Shown here: in pieces, positions 40,017-50,646 of the stretch
How the letters are laid out: the number at the start of each line of letters is the position of its first letter
Position numbering within the stretch: position 1 is the first letter of the stretch
Source: Candidatus Bathyarchaeota archaeon
Lineage (GTDB): Archaea; Thermoproteota; Bathyarchaeia; Bathyarchaeales; Bathycorpusculaceae
Assembly (NCBI GenBank): GCA_963815095.1
Contig: CAWFFH010000003.1
Location: 704,001-768,000, forward strand
Length of the DNA: 64,000 bases
Direction: 5' to 3'
Translations under genes and position numbers: made by a program
The notes under the pieces: generated by a model
What the model was told of the DNA's origin: nothing
Seen by the model: the letters and a program-made list of their open reading frames with translations, nothing else
The model's database searches: none

Positions 40017-40907
40017 TTATTCTGATAGGTAGTTGATGATGCGTTTGTAGATGTCTTTGTCGCTGGAATCTTCGTAGCCTGCGTAGATGCTTGGGTTATC
40101 ATTAACTTCTACAACCACGTAGTCGCCATCGACTTCTTTGATGTCAACTCCATAAAGTCCTTTGCCAACCACGCTACATGCTTTTAACGCGACTTCCCTG
40201 AGTCTCGAAGGCATATCGCTTTTTTGTGAACTTACCGTTCTGCCCCAAACCACCGTTGGTTTGCCACGGAGTTTGGCGCCATGTTTCCATTTCCCCTTGG
40301 GAATCATATACTTGCAAACATACAAGACGTCATTGTTTAGGACGCCAACTCTCCAGTCAAAAGCAGTAGGCGTAAACTTTTGGATAGCGAGGACATCGGA
40401 TTTTTTGAAGAAACGTTTGGCGACATCGCGGAAGCTGGTTTCGCAGGCAGCCTTCTCTACGTAGCGCGAGAAACTTGTATAAGGCGCTTTTATCACAACG
40501 GGTTTGCCTAGTTCGTCGAAGATTTCGGTGATTTTTTTGTGGTGCATATCGTCTTTACTTAGGAAAACGGTTGGGATCCGAGGGACATTGTATTTTTCAA
40601 AGAGTGCGTATTGGTGGATTTTGTTGCCGCATATGGTTATCGATTCTGGGTCGTCAATGACTTTTAAGCCCAGTTCCCATGCTGTTTTAGACACGATGTA
40701 GGATGTAAAAAGTGGGTCGGTTGTTGCCCGAATGAAAACGGAGTCGTAGTTTGGGATGTCTTCGATGTTTTCGCGGAAAAGAAAACTAAATTCGTGCCCT
40801 GACTGCTCAGCTGCCAACTTGAAGTTTTGAAGGGCGCCTTCCTCTCGGGGGTCAGTAAAATTATATTTTTCAACAAAACATGCAATTTTAGACACTGAGG
40901 TGTTCAC
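40017..40907 (-). CDS. RimK-type ATP-grasp ligase
   Basis: VIDDP.SI..CGNK, PVVIKAP, QKFTPT.FDWRVGVL, YGVDIK, EVNDNP. Confidence 0.9.
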   Translation of the reverse strand: MNTSVSKIACFVEKYNFTDPREEGALQNFKLAAEQSGHEFSFLFRENIEDIPNYDSVFIRATTDPLFTSYIVSKTAWELGLKVIDDPESITICGNKIHQYALFEKYNVPRIPTVFLSKDDMHHKKITEIFDELGKPVVIKAPYTSFSRYVEKAACETSFRDVAKRFFKKSDVLAIQKFTPTAFDWRVGVLNNDVLYVCKYMIPKGKWKHGAKLRGKPTVVWGRTVSSQKSDMPSRLREVALKACSVVGKGLYGVDIKEVDGDYVVVEVNDNPSIYAGYEDSSDKDIYKRIINYLSE

Positions 40908-41589
40908 CCTGCTGAGAAATCAGCCTAATCTCCTTGGAGATTAACTCTAAATCACTTTTTGACAGATCATTTTCTTTCAAAGGTTCAAGACCACACAGGA
41001 AAGCTTTTCCCTCTGCTTTTTGAACATGCACTTTACAAATTGGAATTCTGAAGAGTTCATAAACCTTTTCAGTAGTCGCGCCAATTTGTTCATCATCCAA
41101 TTGGCATTTTCCAAAAAACGATTTAATCGTGAACATTTCTCCCTTAAGGGGCTGGGCACAAACCGTAAATTTGTAGTTCATTCCTAAACTCTTCAATGCA
41201 CGATATAGTGCACTCTTGTTTTTGGCAACTTGATAACCTTCATATATGAATGGGTTAACAGCAAAAACCACTACAGGTAAGTTGATTTCGGTCATGATTT
41301 TCTTAACTGAATCTGTTACCAGAAAGGGCAGGGTGGGAATTTTTGCTCTTGCCGCCCGCAACAGAAGAATTGGAGTGCGGCTGGAATCAATGATGTTCTC
41401 GCAAGATGGAATAACCGAGTTTCCTAAAACTTCTGCGTGTAAGGAGACGTAGTAGCCTGTTTTTAGATAACGGTAGTCGTTGTTAATGTTGATGGTGGTG
41501 TCTTTAATTGATGATTCGAGAAACTGGGAAGGGTTTAGCGCGTTTAAATCATCTTTAAGGTCGATGTTAGAGACGACCAACACTTTCAT
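40888..41589 (-). CDS. RimK-like ATP-grasp N-terminal (RLAN) domain protein
   Basis: IN..NDYRYLKTGYYVSLHAE..G..VIP signature; overlaps the ATP-grasp start. Confidence 0.8.
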   Translation of the reverse strand: MKVLVVSNIDLKDDLNALNPSQFLESSIKDTTININNDYRYLKTGYYVSLHAEVLGNSVIPSCENIIDSSRTPILLLRAARAKIPTLPFLVTDSVKKIMTEINLPVVVFAVNPFIYEGYQVAKNKSALYRALKSLGMNYKFTVCAQPLKGEMFTIKSFFGKCQLDDEQIGATTEKVYELFRIPICKVHVQKAEGKAFLCGLEPLKENDLSKSDLELISKEIRLISQQGEHLSV

Positions 41590-41714
41590 TTGACACCAGG
41601 TAATTAGAAGGCGTTATTCGTGGAGCTATATTTAAAATTAACTATATGCAATACAGCATCTCAAGTTAGCCCTAAACGAAAAAAGAGGCAAAAACAACGT
41701 ATAAACCGCTAGAA

Positions 41715-42884
41715 GTGCTCGGACCAGAACACGAATATTCACTGGTGGACAAGGACCTAATAGTTCTGCCTATTAGTGACCAAATCATCAAAGGGTACTG
41801 CGGAAAAACCGTAAACTTCATCGAATTGCCCTATTTTACGTTTGGCAAAGAAATGCAACTCCATGTTATGGAAATCAAAGCCAACCAACCCTTCAAAACG
41901 CCCAGTGAATTCGAAGAAACCATGCAAAATGCCGTTGCAACCTTGAGTCAAATCGTTCAAAAACACAGCGCTATGCTGCTAGGAACAGGCATGCATCCCC
42001 TCCTAAAGCTTCAAGACACTGCAATTTGGTCGCACTACCACAAAAAAATCTACCAACAATATGGCAAACTCTTTAATCTAAACCAGCATGGATGGCTCAA
42101 CATTCAAAGTTTTCATCTTAATTTGCCCTATCAAAAAGAAGCCGATGCCATCAAAATCCATAACCAACTGGCTAATTTATGTGCGTACTTGCCTGCAATC
42201 GCCGCTTCATCTCCCATATTTGAAGGCGCGGAAGGTCCAGACGTTGATAACAGACTCCACTTCTACAAAATTAACCAAAAAGAAGTGCCTTCGGTAACCG
42301 GCGATGTCATCCCTGAATATGCAACCTCGCTAAGCCAGTATAAACAGGACATAATTGGGCAGTACTCAAAGGATTTACAGCACGCCGGCGCAGACAAAAC
42401 CCTATTGCGACGGGAATGGGTAAATTCAAGAGGCGTTATATTTCGGTTTGACCGTTGCGCTCTTGAAGTGCGGGTGATGGATGAGCAGGAATGCGTGAAG
42501 GCGGATGTGGCGCTGGCTTGTTTTGTCCGTGCTACCGTCAGAGGTTTGGTTGCGTCAAAGGTTGGACTTTTGCCCCATATAGTTTTACTTAAAGACTTAA
42601 ATGCAGTTATAAAAGATGGATTGAATGCAGAAGTTGCAAGTCCATATGGCAAAACAGCGAGGCAGGTATGTCAATATTATCTCAAATTAGCCCTTGAGCA
42701 TGCGACTGAAGACGAAAAGAAATACCTGTGGCTTGTAAAGAAACGCATAGAAGAAGGCAACCTCTCAGAACGAATATGCGCAAACGTTTCTAGACGCGCA
42801 GAGAAAACAGATTTCCATGAGGCAATCGTTGATGTTTATTCAACGCTTATTAAGTGCCTTTCCAATAATCAAATCTATTCCTAA
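41715..42884 (+). CDS. Glutamate--cysteine ligase family 2 (GCS2/YbdK-like COOH-NH2 ligase)
   Basis: LGPEHEY, E..LHVMEIK, GTGMHP, HGWLNIQSFHLN, AASSP, NSRG...RFDR.ALEVRVMDEQE. Confidence 0.88.
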   Translation: MLGPEHEYSLVDKDLIVLPISDQIIKGYCGKTVNFIELPYFTFGKEMQLHVMEIKANQPFKTPSEFEETMQNAVATLSQIVQKHSAMLLGTGMHPLLKLQDTAIWSHYHKKIYQQYGKLFNLNQHGWLNIQSFHLNLPYQKEADAIKIHNQLANLCAYLPAIAASSPIFEGAEGPDVDNRLHFYKINQKEVPSVTGDVIPEYATSLSQYKQDIIGQYSKDLQHAGADKTLLRREWVNSRGVIFRFDRCALEVRVMDEQECVKADVALACFVRATVRGLVASKVGLLPHIVLLKDLNAVIKDGLNAEVASPYGKTARQVCQYYLKLALEHATEDEKKYLWLVKKRIEEGNLSERICANVSRRAEKTDFHEAIVDVYSTLIKCLSNNQIYS

Positions 42885-42900
42885 AAAAAGATGAAATTAG

Positions 42901-43461
42901 ATGCCTGAAGACAACAAAGGAACCACTTACTCATACGATGTCTGTAGTGAATGCAAAATTATTTGTTGCCAAGACGCCAAGCCGCCATTAAGTGAGAGCC
43001 GCAAAAAAATCGTAAAAGAATATTTAAACAAACAAAAAATCAAAGTTGACAAACCCTTCACAAAAGAAAGTTACTCCTACCCTTCAGTTGATGAAACCCT
43101 TCTCTGTGTATTCAACAGCAAACAAACCAAACGATGCATAGTGCACTCCATAAAACCTGAAACGTGCCGCGCAGGGCCAATCACCTTTGATATCAACTTT
43201 AAAACCAAAAAAGTTCAGTACTTCCTTAAAAAATCTGAAATCTGCGTCTATGCTGGAGAATTGTTTAAGAACAAACTCGCTTTCAATGATCATTATGAAG
43301 TAGCCAAGAAAGAAATAATGCGCCTAATCAAGGAGTTATCTGCTGACGAGCTGCGGGAGCTTATGAAAATTGATGAGCCCCAAACCTTCAAGGTCGGCGA
43401 AGACGACTTACCAGTCGATGTGGTTAAAAAACTCGGGTTAGAAGAAGCCAGCGTCTCTTAG
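42901..43461 (+). CDS. YkgJ-family Cys-cluster protein
   Basis: CSECKIICC, LCVF...RCIVH..KPETCRAGP. Confidence 0.85.
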   Translation: MPEDNKGTTYSYDVCSECKIICCQDAKPPLSESRKKIVKEYLNKQKIKVDKPFTKESYSYPSVDETLLCVFNSKQTKRCIVHSIKPETCRAGPITFDINFKTKKVQYFLKKSEICVYAGELFKNKLAFNDHYEVAKKEIMRLIKELSADELRELMKIDEPQTFKVGEDDLPVDVVKKLGLEEASVS

Positions 43462-43767
43462 TTTAAGCGCTACACTAATGTTGCCTTTAAAATGCACCCT
43501 GCCTGTGAAAAAGGCTTTTTCTGCACTTAATTTGCCGTTAACCATATCCATGAAATCGTTCTCATTCATTTTCAAAGTTAAAGTCGGCGACGTATGTGTT
43601 CCTTCACATACCTGAAGTTTCTGGTCTTTTATGATTACCGTCCAGTTGCCTCCCTCAATCCCCGTTATGTTTACCTGAGCAATGACGTCTATGCCTTTTG
43701 CTTTTTCAGGCTTAAACCTGTTAGCTAAAACTGTGTCAAAGAAATCTTTGGGTGTGTTTGTCTCCAT
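43438..43767 (-). CDS. SCP2 sterol/lipid-binding domain protein
   Basis: GGNW...I, DF..MVNGKL...KAFFTGRV.F.GN. Confidence 0.88.
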   Translation of the reverse strand: METNTPKDFFDTVLANRFKPEKAKGIDVIAQVNITGIEGGNWTVIIKDQKLQVCEGTHTSPTLTLKMNENDFMDMVNGKLSAEKAFFTGRVHFKGNISVALKLRDAGFF

Positions 43768-43831
43768 CCTTTCAGCCCGCTAGTTTTTCAGCTATTTTAC
43801 ACAGTTGAGTTATTGAAGGTTTGGTAATGGG

Positions 43832-44590
43832 CTACCTGAAGAGGTCTCTTTCTTTGGCCCTCGTCAACGATGTTTCGGATGCGTTTTCATCGGTTTGATA
43901 GTGGTATCCTCGAATAATTGCAGCTGGAATACCCTCGTTGGCTTGGCCGATTACAAGCTCAGCGGCTGAAGAGAGCTCGTCAGCAATGGCGGTTTGCTTG
44001 ATTCTAAGCACGTAGCCGAAGAGATCTTTCTCTCCTCTTCTGTCCCGTATAGGTTTAAATCCTGCTACACCTACAGCCACATTAATCTCACCAAGCCTAA
44101 AAGGCCGACCATGAGTATCAGAAACAATAACCGCCACATCAGCATCCGTTAAACGCTTAATTTCTTTCCTAATGCAATCTGCTGAAGCGCTTGGGTTTTT
44201 GGGCAGAGGCACAACATTTCTATCCCCCGAAACATTTGAGCGGTCTACTCCAGCGTTTGCACAAATAATGCCGCTGACAGTTTCTGTGATGATACTGTTT
44301 TGGCCGACCCGCACAACGTCTTTGGTTTCACGCAAAATAACTTCGACTAACGCTGGGTCTTTGTTGGTTTTTTTAGCGATTTCTTTTGCTTTTTCTGAAG
44401 GCTTAACCTCGTCAAGATTGATTACGTTGCCTTCAGCCTTCGAAACAACCACATGTGTAACCACTACGACGTCGTTTTGCTGGATCGGATTGTTCTGTTT
44501 TTTTGCAGCTTCAACAATTAGCTTGCCTAAGTTATCTCCCTTTTTTATTAACGGTAAATTCTCTACGGCGAATACTTGGATAGGATTCAC
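43832..44590 (-). CDS. cofE: Coenzyme F420-0:gamma-glutamyl ligase
   Basis: P.IKKGDNL, VSKAEG, CANAGVDRSN, SDTHGRPFR.G, DLFG..L...AIADEL. Confidence 0.95.
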   Translation of the reverse strand: MNPIQVFAVENLPLIKKGDNLGKLIVEAAKKQNNPIQQNDVVVVTHVVVSKAEGNVINLDEVKPSEKAKEIAKKTNKDPALVEVILRETKDVVRVGQNSIITETVSGIICANAGVDRSNVSGDRNVVPLPKNPSASADCIRKEIKRLTDADVAVIVSDTHGRPFRLGEINVAVGVAGFKPIRDRRGEKDLFGYVLRIKQTAIADELSSAAELVIGQANEGIPAAIIRGYHYQTDENASETSLTRAKERDLFR

Positions 44591-44694
44591 ACTATTTGCC
44601 TCTTCTCAGGTTGCTAATTAAGCGATAGAACTTAAATTTATCTTCGCTAAAAGATTAGAAAACAAAAAATAGAAAAGGTATTTAGAAACTTGGG

Positions 44695-44712
44695 AGAGAC
44701 CCTGAGGTCTCT
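44695..44712. terminator. Hairpin just downstream of the metF-like gene
   Basis: AGAGACC-CTGA-GGTCTCT. Confidence 0.4.
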
Positions 44713-44725
44713 TTGATTTAGTTGT

Positions 44726-45451
44726 TTAGTTTCGGAACTTTTGCAGTTTTTGCAGCATCAGTTTGTCGCCTTCAGCGTCACCTGCACATGTTGCGATGAT
44801 GCCATCAACTAATCCGACAAGTTTTGATGCTTTTTCTTCAACTGTTTCCATTGTTGCCGCGGTAGGCCATCCAATCATTTTAACTGTTTCAACGTTTTTG
44901 GCTGTTCCAACTAGGAAGTATGCGAACAATGGCTTGTTGAGCTTCTTGCATTCGGCTGATACTGCTTTGAGGGCATCGAATGAGTCGTCGGTTAGCCTCA
45001 TGAAATACACGAAGTCCCATGGCTCACGTACCCGTTCAAGAGTTTCTTCAATTGAGCGTCTTGCGGTTAATAAGCAGCCAAGTTTGAGGTTTTTGGTTTT
45101 GACATCTGTGCGTATGAAGTCACGTGCTTTCTCTGATGAGGGGAGCATTGTTATGGGTTGACCGAACTTTGGGTTGTCTCCCATGGTGACTGCTAAGCCG
45201 TCTAATCCAATGATGTCTGACGCTAAAGCTAATCCGCCTACTTCAACTGGACCTTTGTATTTTAGAATAAAGATTGGGCAGACATATTTTTCTGGGTACT
45301 TGTATTTGAGTAAGCAGCTTACCACTACACCGCTGGGTGCTGGGAAACCTGCTGCGCCGTCAGTTACATTCCATCCGTCGACTAGATCTTTGAGTTCATC
45401 TGCAAGCTTTAAGAATTTTCGAGTTGGCACAAATTCATTTAGTATTTTCAT
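44726..45451 (-). CDS. Divergent methylenetetrahydrofolate reductase (MetF)-like flavoprotein
   Basis: EFVP (cf. EFFPP), NVTDGAAG, TMGDNP (cf. LRGD). Confidence 0.6.
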   Translation of the reverse strand: MKILNEFVPTRKFLKLADELKDLVDGWNVTDGAAGFPAPSGVVVSCLLKYKYPEKYVCPIFILKYKGPVEVGGLALASDIIGLDGLAVTMGDNPKFGQPITMLPSSEKARDFIRTDVKTKNLKLGCLLTARRSIEETLERVREPWDFVYFMRLTDDSFDALKAVSAECKKLNKPLFAYFLVGTAKNVETVKMIGWPTAATMETVEEKASKLVGLVDGIIATCAGDAEGDKLMLQKLQKFRN

Positions 45452-45566
45452 GGAGAGTTCATCTCAGGTTAAAGAGGTGAGATGTTTGGGTTAAAAAGGC
45501 TTTTGCATACGTAAAGTTGGCTTTTTAGTTGATCGATTTCTGATGCAACATCTTTGAAAACAAGTG

Positions 45567-46424
45567 TTATTTAGCCTTGTTTATAGATGCCAAGCTCTTT
45601 TCGGCACGTTCTCTCTTAAATTTTGACAATCTGACCACCTCTTCCTTATCAGCCAAATCTTTGGTGATTACAATGTTTTTTAGCAGTTTTTCTCCAGCCT
45701 TGGACCTAACAATCACCGTTGAATACCCTTTTTTGCTACCAATCGAGCCAACAGAGACGTCCGCAAACTGAGCCGCAAAATCATCGCAGTACTTACATGA
45801 TTTCTCCGCCGCGACGTCAAGATCCTTCACTTTACAGCTGTACTCTTTTCCTTCAATAAACGCTGTGAATTTTCCTTGACGAATCTGAGTTTTTTGTACT
45901 TTGTCTATGTCAACACCAAGCTTTGTTTGCACTTCTTTTTTAAGTCTGGCATAGTTGAAGGCTTCAAAACAGAACAAGCCAATAACAGTGATTTCGCAAT
46001 CGCTACCGATGATTTGTTGTATTTTTCTTGCCACTATAGCTTTACAGGGCGTGCATACAATGGCTATGCGCTTTTTTCCTTGTCCAATTAGTTCTCGCAG
46101 TTTTTTTGTGACATTAACCTTGAGGTATTTGGTCCCCTTCGCCGCCAAAACATCACTGGGATTCTGGGCAACAACTGCTTCTGCGCTGTATCCTTCTCCC
46201 CGGCGAACAACAATAGCCACATCAAACAAGCCTTCTTCGAAACCCTTAATCAAAATCGCTGAAACTACCCCGCCATCCTGCCCTTCGATTTCACTTTTTG
46301 CAGAAAACAGATCACAGTAAACGCCAAGGTCCTCATCTTTTTTACCTTGCAACAACTGTTTTTCGATTTTTACTTTGTCTTGACTTTTGCAGTTATCATT
46401 TTTCTCAACTTGATTATCTGGCAT
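45567..46424 (-). CDS. FrhB/FdhB-family F420-interacting flavo-Fe-S subunit
   Basis: QDGGVVS, GTKY, TPC, IGLFC, CKYCDDF, DVSVGSIGS..GYSTVIVRS. Confidence 0.9.
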   Translation of the reverse strand: MPDNQVEKNDNCKSQDKVKIEKQLLQGKKDEDLGVYCDLFSAKSEIEGQDGGVVSAILIKGFEEGLFDVAIVVRRGEGYSAEAVVAQNPSDVLAAKGTKYLKVNVTKKLRELIGQGKKRIAIVCTPCKAIVARKIQQIIGSDCEITVIGLFCFEAFNYARLKKEVQTKLGVDIDKVQKTQIRQGKFTAFIEGKEYSCKVKDLDVAAEKSCKYCDDFAAQFADVSVGSIGSKKGYSTVIVRSKAGEKLLKNIVITKDLADKEEVVRLSKFKRERAEKSLASINKAK

Positions 46425-46993
46425 TTTAGAAATTCAACCAGTTTTTTGTTATTTTAGGTAGGGTTTTGGGTAAAATAAAGCTTTAAACTTCCTGAAGGTA
46501 ATGATCGAGAAAAGACGGCGAAAAATAATTTAGCTTATCAGGTTTTGTCAATTAGAAGAAGAACTCTTTTTTTGCAATCTTTTTTGGATAAGGTTTTTTT
46601 GAGTTGATTTTTAAAATTTAAACTCAATCTATCTTCTGGCTGCGTCTATATTAGTCACAAATTGTTTTAAAAAGTCTGAGAGCGTCAATAGATACTGTTG
46701 GGTAACAATCTTTAGAAGTTAGATCTTGGAGTTTCCTTTAGACAAGTTTAATTTTGAATCTTTTATTAGATAAGTTCCTTAGGCGGCTTGAGCTCGAAAT
46801 TTGAAGCACTGCCAGGGATTAGATTTTGTTTCCTTTAGGATTGATAACTTGTGCTAAAGATGAAGAATTTAAGAGTCTATCTATTAGATTTGTTTTGTAA
46901 TTCTTGATGTTCCATAAAGAGGATATGTCTTTTTCAGACACATTTATATTTGTCCGCCAACCAATTAATGCAACAAGACGCAAGGCAAACCAA

Positions 46994-49414
46994 ATGAGCC
47001 AAGAAAAAAACAAAAAAATCACTCTAAACATCGGTGGCATGAGTTGCATAAACTGCGCTCACACCATCGAAAAGGAACTCGCTAAACTAAACGGCGTAAC
47101 CCAAGCTACCGTAAACCTCGCCGCTGAACAAGCAATAATAAACTACGACCCCGACCTCATCACCCAAAAAACCATCGAAACAATCATCACCGACTCAGGA
47201 TATGATGTAATCCACGAAAAAATCGTACTCCAAATCGGCGGCATGTCATGCGTCAATTGTGCCAAAACCATCGAGAAAGCTCTGGGCAACCGCGAAGGAA
47301 TCTACAACGCAGTTGTCAACTTTGCCGCTGAAAACGTCTCAGTTGAATACAACCCTCAGCAAATCAGCTTGCCAAGCATCAAAAAAACCATCCAGGATAG
47401 CGGATACCAGGTAATCGACCAACAACAAAAAACCCATGAAGATACAGCAGGTGAAGAACGGAAACGCCACATCCGACATCTAAAAATCCTATTAGTCACT
47501 AGCATTGCTCTGACTATTCCAATCCTTCTTTTGATGTGGCTCTCACCTCTGCCCATGGAACAAAACAACATCCTCATGTTCCTGCTTGCAACGCCAGTTC
47601 AGTTCATAGTGGGCTGGACCTTCTACGTTGGCACCTACAAAGGGCTACGAAACAAGACTACTAACATGGACACCTTAATTGCCATTGGCACATCCACCGC
47701 ATGGATCTACAGCACCATCGTCACCTTTGCCCCAGCAGTTTTCCCCGGTGCTGGAGTATTCTTCGATACCGCAACCATGATTATGAGCTTCATTTTGCTA
47801 GGAAAACTCTTAGATGCCGTAGCCAAGGGCAGAACCTCGGAAGCCATCCGAAAAATCATGGGTCTCCAAGCCAAAACAGCCAGAGTCATCCGCAACGGTG
47901 AGGAACAGGAAATTCCAGTTGAAGACGTACAAGTAGGCGACATCGTCTTGGTTAGACCGGGAGAAAAAATCCCCGTCGACGGTACTGTTACCGAAGGTTA
48001 TTCGGCAGTGGACGAGAAAGTCATCACTGGCGAAAGCATCCCAGTCGAAAAAAGAATCGGTGACCAAGTCGTAGGAGCCACCATGAACAAGACGGGTATG
48101 CTCAAATTTAAAGCCACAAAAGTCGGCAAAGACACAGTTCTTGCCCAAATCATTAGAATGGTTGAAGATGCGTTAACTTCGAAAGCGCCAATTCAAAGAT
48201 TAGCCGACATTGTTTCGGGATATTTCGTTCCAGCTATCATAATTACGGCGACACTTTCAGCGTTATTATGGTACTTTATTGTCGGAGCGTCCTTCATTTT
48301 CTCACTCACAGTTTTCATCGCAGTGATAATCGTAGCTTGCCCTTGCGCTCTTGGACTCGCTACGCCGACGGCGATAATGGTGGGTGTCGGAAAAGGAGCA
48401 GAAAACGGCATCCTGATAAAAAGCGGCGAAGCATTGGAAGCGGTATACAAGCTTCAAGCAGTTGTTTTTGATAAAACAGGAACACTAACGAAGGGCGAAC
48501 CCGAAGTAACCGACATCGCCCCATCTGAACCATTCGGAGAAGCCCAGCTCCTGCAGTTCGCCGCAATCGCAGAGAAAAACTCCGAGCATCCGCTGGGAGC
48601 AGCCATAGTAAAAAGGGCAAAAGAAAAGGGAATCCAAGTTGATGAACCGGAATTGTTCAACGCTATCCCCGGATACGGAGTAGAGGTGGAACATAAGGGC
48701 GCCAAAATATTGTTGGGCAACAGAAAACTGATGGAGGCAAACAACTTGGACATCAGGGCGCTTGAGGGGAAAATGTCGGCGTTTGAGGAAGAAGGCAAAA
48801 CCGCTATGCTTCTCGCCGTTGACAACCAGCTTGCGGGTTTGATAGCAGTGGCTGACACCTTAAAGGAGCACTCCGCCGACGCAGTTAAGACTCTCCAACA
48901 GATGGGATTGGAAGTCATCATGATTACAGGCGACAACCAGCGAACCGCCAAAGCCATCGCAGCGCAGGTAGGCGTTAACCGCGTCTTTGCAGAGGTTCTT
49001 CCAAGCGAAAAAGCAACAGAAATAAAGCGACTGCAATCCGAAGGTAAAGTTGTTGCAATGGTTGGTGACGGAATAAACGATGCTCCTGCTTTGGCGCAAG
49101 CAAACATTGGAATTGCTGTGGGCAGCGGAACAGATGTAGCTATTGAAACAGGAGATATCGTGTTAATTAAAAATGATTTGAGGGATATGGTGGTAGCTAT
49201 TCAGTTGAGTCGGGCTACTATGCGGAAGATTCGGCAGAACCTATTCTGGGCATTCTTCTACAACATCGTCCTCATTCCGTTGGCAGCAGGCGCATTCTAC
49301 CCCATTCTACATGTGCTATTCAATCCAGTTTACGCCGCAGCGGCCATGGCAAGCAGCTCAGTAACCGTAGTAACCAACGCTTCACTCCTCAGAAGATTTA
49401 AACCAAAAATCTAG
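46994..49414 (+). CDS. copA: Cu(I)-translocating P1B-1 ATPase with two HMA domains
   Basis: Two GMSCxxC motifs, [29 protein letters not shown] and MASSS; start placed at ATG 46994. Confidence 0.96.
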   Translation: MSQEKNKKITLNIGGMSCINCAHTIEKELAKLNGVTQATVNLAAEQAIINYDPDLITQKTIETIITDSGYDVIHEKIVLQIGGMSCVNCAKTIEKALGNREGIYNAVVNFAAENVSVEYNPQQISLPSIKKTIQDSGYQVIDQQQKTHEDTAGEERKRHIRHLKILLVTSIALTIPILLLMWLSPLPMEQNNILMFLLATPVQFIVGWTFYVGTYKGLRNKTTNMDTLIAIGTSTAWIYSTIVTFAPAVFPGAGVFFDTATMIMSFILLGKLLDAVAKGRTSEAIRKIMGLQAKTARVIRNGEEQEIPVEDVQVGDIVLVRPGEKIPVDGTVTEGYSAVDEKVITGESIPVEKRIGDQVVGATMNKTGMLKFKATKVGKDTVLAQIIRMVEDALTSKAPIQRLADIVSGYFVPAIIITATLSALLWYFIVGASFIFSLTVFIAVIIVACPCALGLATPTAIMVGVGKGAENGILIKSGEALEAVYKLQAVVFDKTGTLTKGEPEVTDIAPSEPFGEAQLLQFAAIAEKNSEHPLGAAIVKRAKEKGIQVDEPELFNAIPGYGVEVEHKGAKILLGNRKLMEANNLDIRALEGKMSAFEEEGKTAMLLAVDNQLAGLIAVADTLKEHSADAVKTLQQMGLEVIMITGDNQRTAKAIAAQVGVNRVFAEVLPSEKATEIKRLQSEGKVVAMVGDGINDAPALAQANIGIAVGSGTDVAIETGDIVLIKNDLRDMVVAIQLSRATMRKIRQNLFWAFFYNIVLIPLAAGAFYPILHVLFNPVYAAAAMASSSVTVVTNASLLRRFKPKI

Positions 49415-49451
49415 TCACAAAAACAAAACAGGTTGTTGGAGGTGAGAAAAT

Positions 49452-49640
49452 ATGGCTAAAGATTTGGTATGCAACATGGAAGTTGATGAGACAACTGCAA
49501 AGTACAAAACAATCTACCAAGGCAAATACTATTATTTCTGCGCTCCAGGATGCAAAAAATCCTTCGAAGCAAATCCACAAAAATACATAGGCGGTAACTC
49601 GTCAGTTCACAATTGCAACTGCGGTCACGACCACTGCTAA
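49452..49640 (+). CDS. YHS/TRASH metal-binding protein with His/Cys tail
   Basis: DLVCNMEV...YYFCAPGC...F..NP..Y; tail HNCNCGHDHC; GGAGGTGA RBS. Confidence 0.9.
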   Translation: MAKDLVCNMEVDETTAKYKTIYQGKYYYFCAPGCKKSFEANPQKYIGGNSSVHNCNCGHDHC

Positions 49641-49833
49641 ACCATTAAGGTTCAGCATGTCACGTTCATTCTTTTCGTTTCTTTGAGTTATTTCGCTCGG
49701 CAGAATTTTGGTATTTTAGTATTTCTGGTTAACCTCAATGATGAGCTTGGAAAGCTTTAACGACACATGTTATAGAAAAAATGTTCTCTTTGGATTGTGA
49801 CTATTGAAAGCAATTGATAATAAAAGAGTATGA

Positions 49834-50511
49834 TTATGTTTTTTGTATAGTTGAACCTTTGACCCAATCCGACAAGAGTATTTCATTGGTATTCCCGGAT
49901 TCTTTAACAGTTACAATGCCACGCTGCGCAAAGCGAGCTACAACCCGATGCGTCTTAAGCCTGCTAAGTCCAGCTTCCTTTACCACATATTTTTGGAGGT
50001 ATTTCCCTTGATGTGCAACTAAAACATTCAGAACTTTCTGCTCTTCAGGAGTCATGGTCTTTAGGAGCACACCACATGTGTTTGGTTCAACTGCTGGATT
50101 AACGGCTAATTCTGCATCACTTCTAATGTGTTCAACTGGAACACTGTTTGAATTTGGCAGTTCACAGGTTCTCTTAACGTATCTGAGCTGAGGAAATGCT
50201 AAGTAAAAAGCAACCCCAATAACCGAAACAGCCACGACGACAATTAACGCTGTAGGAACTAACCACAAATAAGAATTTGTTGTTCCGTCGGTGTTGCCCA
50301 TCATTCCGCCCATTCCCCCGTAATTACCATTGCTGCCTAAGTGGGAACCCCACATCTGGCTCATCCAACTTGATCCGTAATATGACGGTGCTGTGGCGGA
50401 TAAATACCAGCCTACCAAGGCAAGAGTCATTAAGACACTTAGCGTAATTATGAAAATGGTGAGAAAGAAGTGCAACTTTTGCATACCAGAAGAAATCTCA
50501 TGGTTACACAT
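49834..50511 (-). CDS. Membrane-anchored winged-HTH regulator (2 TM, Met/Gly-rich loop, C-terminal wHTH; COG2512-like)
   Basis: TM1, WMSQMWG...GGMGGMMG, TM2, then EEQKVL..L...G..LQ......GLSRLKTHRVV..F..RGIV...GNTN. Confidence 0.82.
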   Translation of the reverse strand: MCNHEISSGMQKLHFFLTIFIITLSVLMTLALVGWYLSATAPSYYGSSWMSQMWGSHLGSNGNYGGMGGMMGNTDGTTNSYLWLVPTALIVVVAVSVIGVAFYLAFPQLRYVKRTCELPNSNSVPVEHIRSDAELAVNPAVEPNTCGVLLKTMTPEEQKVLNVLVAHQGKYLQKYVVKEAGLSRLKTHRVVARFAQRGIVTVKESGNTNEILLSDWVKGSTIQKT

Positions 50512-50564
50512 TAACTTTTACCTGGAAAACGATTTTCAATACCTTAATTTTCCATAGAAAATAC

Positions 50565-50605
50565 TGTTTCAAGTGTTGTTTCATGTTTGTTTCAGCGAAC
50601 TATCA
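50565..50605 (+). promoter_or_regulatory. Phased triple-repeat operator, copy 1
   Basis: TGTTTCA at 50565, 50577 and 50588, then GCGAACTATCA. Confidence 0.7.
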
Positions 50606-50646
50606 AAAGAACGTATGACCATATTGTAATATGGTGATAAAATAAA

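Noticed and set aside
43438-43461. 24-bp convergent overlap of the YkgJ and SCP2 genes
   Set aside because: Short 3' overlaps are common in compact archaeal genomes.
46904-46993. Upstream TTG start for copA
   Set aside because: The extension looks non-coding; the first HMA domain begins just after ATG 46994.
48454-49107. 217-aa antisense ORF inside copA, and similar shadow ORFs in mcm, rfcL, cysK, glmM and cofE
   Set aside because: Antisense to well-supported genes and without motifs of their own; a codon-bias artefact.
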